Below are positions 59,931-64,000 of a DNA stretch of 64,000 nucleotides, piece by piece. Numbering within the stretch: the first letter of the stretch is position 1; each line of letters opens with the position of its first letter. The notes under the pieces were generated by a model, which made no database searches, was not told the origin of the DNA, and saw only the letters and a list, made by a program, of their open reading frames with translations. Origin of the DNA: an uncultured Pseudomonadota bacterium (GTDB lineage: Bacteria > Oederibacteriota > Muellerivitia > Muellerivitales > Muellerivitaceae); contig CAWJKT010000010.1 in assembly GCA_963843375.1 (NCBI GenBank), forward strand, positions 64,001 through 128,000, given 5' to 3'. The translations under genes and the position numbers were made by a program.

Positions 59931-60639
59931 ACACGAGTTCGCTTTATGACAGGATTTTAAATTGGGCACCGGGGTTGATTATGGTGGCTGTTTCTAACCC
60001 AGGCTTTTCTTTCCCGATCTAGAATCATGGGTACATCCCGAATCTTTCGAAGTTGGCGGGGTCATCAAAAAATGGATCAAAGAGTTTCATCCACTTTACG
60101 AGCCGTGGCTTTTTTAAGCGGATACAAAGTGCTCGTGGGACATGTCTTTTGGATTGAGGTGATTCAGTACTATGGGGACTCAGATAACGCGGCGACTCGC
60201 GTTTTTCAAAATTATATGATTACTGCAGTTTGGCTTCGGATCTTAATCCCCAATTTATCTCCATTTATACCTTTGGCGGCCGCCGCCTTGGCGTTTCATT
60301 TGAAACGAATCGACGAAGGCGACGCAATTATTGGAAAAAGGGATAAAGTCCAATCCCCACGCCGAACGGCTTAAGTTTCTCCTGGCCGCCATTCTTTACC
60401 AACACACCGAAAAGGAAGAGGATTTGATTCCAGTCCTTGAGGAGGAAGCGGGGCGCCCTGACGCACCCCCGATGCTGGTGAACATATTGGCCAATACGTA
60501 TAAAAAAGTGGGCCGCTACCAGGATGCCATCCGGGTTTGGAAAAAAATTCTCCAAACTGGTGAAACGGATATGCAAAGGATCACGGCCGCCCAAAAGCTT
60601 CAGGAGCTTTACCTGATTACCAAGGTTGCCAAGCCTTGA
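59927..60639 (+). CDS. Hypothetical TPR-like protein (frameshifted)
   Basis: FWIEVIQYYG, LDP, LANTYKKVGRYQDAIRVWKK helical-repeat signature across frames. Confidence 0.55.
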
Positions 60640-60655
60640 GGTTCTGGAATACTCA

Positions 60656-61594
60656 ATGATCCATCTTGTCACCCTTAATCCCGCGTTGGACTTGGAACTT
60701 CGATTAAAAGAACCGATCCAGGGAAAAATTGGGGAGGTTTTGGAGTCGAACGTGGAAGCTGGCGGCAAAGCTCTCAATATCGCCCGATTTTTTCGAAAAT
60801 GGAGGATACCGGCCAGGACCTGGTTGGGAACCGGCGGGGGAAATCACCCCACCCATCATCTTTATCGTTCTTTGCTGGCAAGGGAAGGACTGGCCCCCTA
60901 TTACCTCAGTTCAAAAGTTCCCATCCGGTTAAATGTAGTGGTGGAAAACAATCGAAAAACAAAAAAATATAATCATCCCGGTTTCGAACTGGATTTAGGA
61001 GAATTCGGCCGTTTGGATAAGGCAGTTAAAAAAGATGATCTATTGGTAATGACGGGCCGACTTCCCAAGGGAATGAATCCAGCCCTTTATGGGTCTTGGA
61101 TACAAGTCTTCAAGCGCAGAGGTGTTTGGACAGTGGTCGATAGCTCAGGCCCGGCTCTTCGAGAAGCTCTTAAGGCCAAACCTTGGTTTTTCAAAGTGAA
61201 TCTTTACGAATTTTCGGAATCGATTCACCGCAAATTATCCGGGTTAAAGCAGGTTTATCAATACTTGCCAAACCTCTTTAAATCCGGTCTTTTCCACGGA
61301 GCTGTGACGAATGGAATCGAAGGCGCGTTGCTTTGGAACGGTAAAGAAGTTTGTTGGGTCAAGTCTCCCCAAAAGGTAATCGGACGTATGGTCGTGGGAG
61401 CGGGAGATGGTTTTTTAGCGGGATATTTAAAGAGCCGGCAAACTGGAAAAAACTTCATCGAATGCGCCCGCCTGGCATCCGCCACCGGCACGGCGGTTGC
61501 TTTAACCGGAATTATGGGCTTTGAACCTCGATTAATCTCCCGTTTAGCCAAAAGCATAAAAGTGAAAAAGTTTAAGGATCTCAATGAATCTTGA
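60656..61594 (+). CDS. 1-phosphofructokinase / PfkB-family sugar kinase
   Basis: VTLNPALD, AGGKALNIA, GRLPKG, VGAGDGFLAG. Confidence 0.88.
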   Translation: MIHLVTLNPALDLELRLKEPIQGKIGEVLESNVEAGGKALNIARFFRKWRIPARTWLGTGGGNHPTHHLYRSLLAREGLAPYYLSSKVPIRLNVVVENNRKTKKYNHPGFELDLGEFGRLDKAVKKDDLLVMTGRLPKGMNPALYGSWIQVFKRRGVWTVVDSSGPALREALKAKPWFFKVNLYEFSESIHRKLSGLKQVYQYLPNLFKSGLFHGAVTNGIEGALLWNGKEVCWVKSPQKVIGRMVVGAGDGFLAGYLKSRQTGKNFIECARLASATGTAVALTGIMGFEPRLISRLAKSIKVKKFKDLNES

Positions 61595-62879
61595 AAATCG
61601 AATGATTTATTCCGTTTCTGAGCTTCTTCAATCCGCCCGAATGCTTTTGGAAACCAAGTTTCCGAATATTCTGGTCCAAGGTGAAATAACTGATTTCAAA
61701 CATCATTCTTCCGGTCATATGTATTTTTCCCTCAAGGACGAGAAAAGTGTTTTACGATGCGCTTTTTTCAAAGGCAATAACTTTGGGCTAGCCTTCAAGC
61801 CCGAAAACGGCTTAAAAGTGGTGGCGGGAGGTCTTATCACGATCTACCAAGGCTACGGCCAGTTTCAAATGAATGTTCAGTTGCTGGAGCCTCAAGGTGT
61901 GGGCGGCCTTCAATTAGCCTTTGAGCAGTTGAAAAAGAAACTGGCCGAAGAGGGCCTTTTTGATCCGGCAAGAAAAAGACCTCTCCCCAAGTACCCAAAA
62001 CGAATCGCCATTGTTACCTCGGGGCAGGGAGCGGCCCTGCAAGATTTTTTGAAAATTCTTGCCACCCGGGTTGGAGTTGAGGACTTTGATGTTTTCGACG
62101 TCAAGGTTCAGGGTAAGGAAGCCCCTGTTGAAATCATTTCTGCTATCCGGGAAATTTCTGAAAAAGCGCTCCACGATGTTCTGGTTTTAACCAGGGGTGG
62201 AGGCAGCCAGGAAGATCTGGCGGCCTTCAACGACGAAAGGGTGGTGAGAGAGCTGGCCTCCTCAAGCGTCCCGACCATTTGCGCCGTAGGACATGAGGTG
62301 GATTTCAGCCTTTGTGATTTCGTCGCAGATTTGCGGGCTCCGACTCCGACGGCAGCGGCGGCTATGCTGGCCCCCGGACGGGATGAGGTGGAGTCGGAAA
62401 TCGCCAATCTGGCTTTGCGGTTAAAAGACGCCTTGAATGACTTGGTTCAGGAAAGAAAAAGAGACCTTCAAGAACTGTCGGGAATTCTTCAAGAACGCCG
62501 ACCTGATTATTTAATCACTGAAGCCCGTCAGAACCTGGACCGCAGAACAGAAGATTTACAGGAAGCTTTACTGAAAGCACTTCAAGATAAGAAACTAATT
62601 CTTCAGCGTTTCGGGGATTTTCTTTCCCGCGCCACACCCCTACAGGCCGTCAAACCTTTCCGTGAAAAGATCCATGGCCTGGAAGCCCAATTACAAGCCT
62701 ACCATCCTTATGGCCCATTGAAACGGGGATATGCGGTGGTCAGCCTCAAAAAGACAGGTGAAATCCTGCGTTCTCCTAAGGGTTTGAAAAAGGGCGACCG
62801 TCTTGGCATTCAACTTCAGCAAGGAACCCTGGAATCTGAAGTGAGCGGCCTTGATGAACAAGGGGATTTGCTTTCGTAA
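61584..62879 (+). CDS. xseA: Exodeoxyribonuclease VII large subunit
   Basis: GEI, SGHMYFSLKD, RGGGS, VGHEVD, RAPTPTAAA, LKRGY. Confidence 0.95.
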   Translation: MNLENRMIYSVSELLQSARMLLETKFPNILVQGEITDFKHHSSGHMYFSLKDEKSVLRCAFFKGNNFGLAFKPENGLKVVAGGLITIYQGYGQFQMNVQLLEPQGVGGLQLAFEQLKKKLAEEGLFDPARKRPLPKYPKRIAIVTSGQGAALQDFLKILATRVGVEDFDVFDVKVQGKEAPVEIISAIREISEKALHDVLVLTRGGGSQEDLAAFNDERVVRELASSSVPTICAVGHEVDFSLCDFVADLRAPTPTAAAAMLAPGRDEVESEIANLALRLKDALNDLVQERKRDLQELSGILQERRPDYLITEARQNLDRRTEDLQEALLKALQDKKLILQRFGDFLSRATPLQAVKPFREKIHGLEAQLQAYHPYGPLKRGYAVVSLKKTGEILRSPKGLKKGDRLGIQLQQGTLESEVSGLDEQGDLLS

Positions 62880-63011
62880 ATGAACTTAACGATCTACAAA
62901 AGCGCTTTTTCGGTAATTTGGCTCGTTATGAGATTCGTTTGCATTTAAAAGATTTAAAAAATCTTGGCCTCAAATGAATTCCGCTTATATCATCAGTCCC
63001 CGGAGGTAGGC

Positions 63012-64000
63012 ATGAAGGCTTTCGTAAAGTCAATGATGCTCCTTACTTCCATAGGTTTGGTTTCAATTCCATCCATTCTTCGTTCAGAAGGAACAATGCC
63101 AGAGAATCATTATAAAAATTTCAAAACTGCCATCTATATCGTGGTCAACGCGACACGTTCCTTTTCCGATCTCAAACGGCTACAACGGGAATTCGATCGA
63201 ACCATGGCCCAGGTCAAATTCGACAAGGTCTATCTGGAAGTCTACCGAGACAAACAATTTGCCGACGAATCGAAGTTGGATGGCATCAAAAAGTTTTTCA
63301 CGGACCATGGGGTGGAAGTTTGGGGTGGAATTACCCTGGCCAAGGGCGGGCATGGGGGCCAGTTCGGAACTTTCGATTATGAGAATCCGGAGGATAGGGC
63401 CGAATGCAAGAAAGCCGTGGAAATGGCCGCTCGGCATTTCGACCATGTCATTCTGGATGATTTTTTCTTCTATACAAGCAAATCCGACGCTGATATCTCC
63501 GCGAAGGGCAAGCGTTCCTGGACGCAATACCGGCTGGATACCATGCGCAAAGCTTCCAGGAACCTCGTTCTCAAACCCGCAAGGACCATCAATCCTAATA
63601 TCAAGATGATCATCAAGTACCCTAATTGGTACGAGCATTTTCAAGGGCTCGGCTACGACCTGGAAAAACAATCCCAAATGTTTGACTACATTTATACCGG
63701 GACAGAAACCCGTGATCCAACGATCACGGATCAACTTCTCCAGCAATACGAGAGTTATGAAATTTTCCGCTACTTTAGCAACATCCGTCCGGATGGAGGC
63801 AATCTAGGTGGATGGGTTGACGTCTACAGCACCCGTTACGTGGATCGTTACGCCGAGGAATTGTGGGACACCCTTTTTGCCAAAGCACCTGAAATTACCC
63901 TATTCAATTGGGCTCCGATGTCCGAAACCCGTGCCTTGGATCCGGGAAACCGGGAAACCTGGAAGAACTTAGCGACAAGTTTTAATTGGGATGAAATGAT
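63012..64000 (+). CDS. Exported hypothetical protein, glycoside-hydrolase-like (runs off window edge)
   Basis: SD GGAGG; manual translation MKAFVKSMMLL...DKVYLEVYR...ILDDFFF...IIKYPNWYEHFQ...YTGTETRD; open frame to the end; the fold assignment is inference. Confidence 0.65.
   Translation, partial: MKAFVKSMMLLTSIGLVSIPSILRSEGTMPENHYKNFKTAIYIVVNATRSFSDLKRLQREFDRTMAQVKFDKVYLEVYRDKQFADESKLDGIKKFFTDHGVEVWGGITLAKGGHGGQFGTFDYENPEDRAECKKAVEMAARHFDHVILDDFFFYTSKSDADISAKGKRSWTQYRLDTMRKASRNLVLKPARTINPNIKMIIKYPNWYEHFQGLGYDLEKQSQMFDYIYTGTETRDPTITDQLLQQYESYEIFRYFSNIRPDGGNLGGWVDVYSTRYVDRYAEELWDTLFAKAPEITLFNWAPMSETRALDPGNRETWKNLATSFNWDEM

Overview
Bacterial, apparently diderm DNA (TolC, a porin, a GT9 enzyme); I cannot assign taxonomy. 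Many indel frameshifts in otherwise normal genes, densest at about 52-60.6 kb, suggest an imperfectly polished long-read assembly. The window has two halves separated by tRNA-Ala(GGC) at 41391-41466. Right half (41.9-64 kb): ordinary housekeeping genes (dgt, argDFGH, lysA, dapA, dapB, dapL, folK, deoxynucleoside kinase, panBCD, nadA, aspartate dehydrogenase, ABC exporter, PfkB kinase, xseA). Left half (1-41.1 kb): a hypoxia/redox/NO-stress-like cluster. It holds two Ric/YtfE di-iron paralogues, a hemerythrin, a di-heme cytochrome c, a radical SAM enzyme, nitronate monooxygenase, a desaturase, H+-PPase, two YceI proteins plus a porin, a His-less kinase, Zn-ADH and a Pat-like ligase/acetyltransferase. 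Key observations: (1) 16 copies of a palindrome ATGA-N6-TCAT (14 exact) lie upstream of most left-half operons. Most have a -10-like hexamer starting 29.5 nt from the centre, i.e. class-II Crp/Fnr geometry. One copy sits before a Crp/Fnr regulator with an unusual CCC motif, which is predicted to be leaderless and autoregulated. (2) One box drives a ~410-nt non-coding transcript (about 7612-8022) with its own terminator, built of repeated, covarying three-way-junction modules. I do not recognise it as a known RNA family, and it is the best candidate for an undescribed system. All of this was read by eye; no searches were run.
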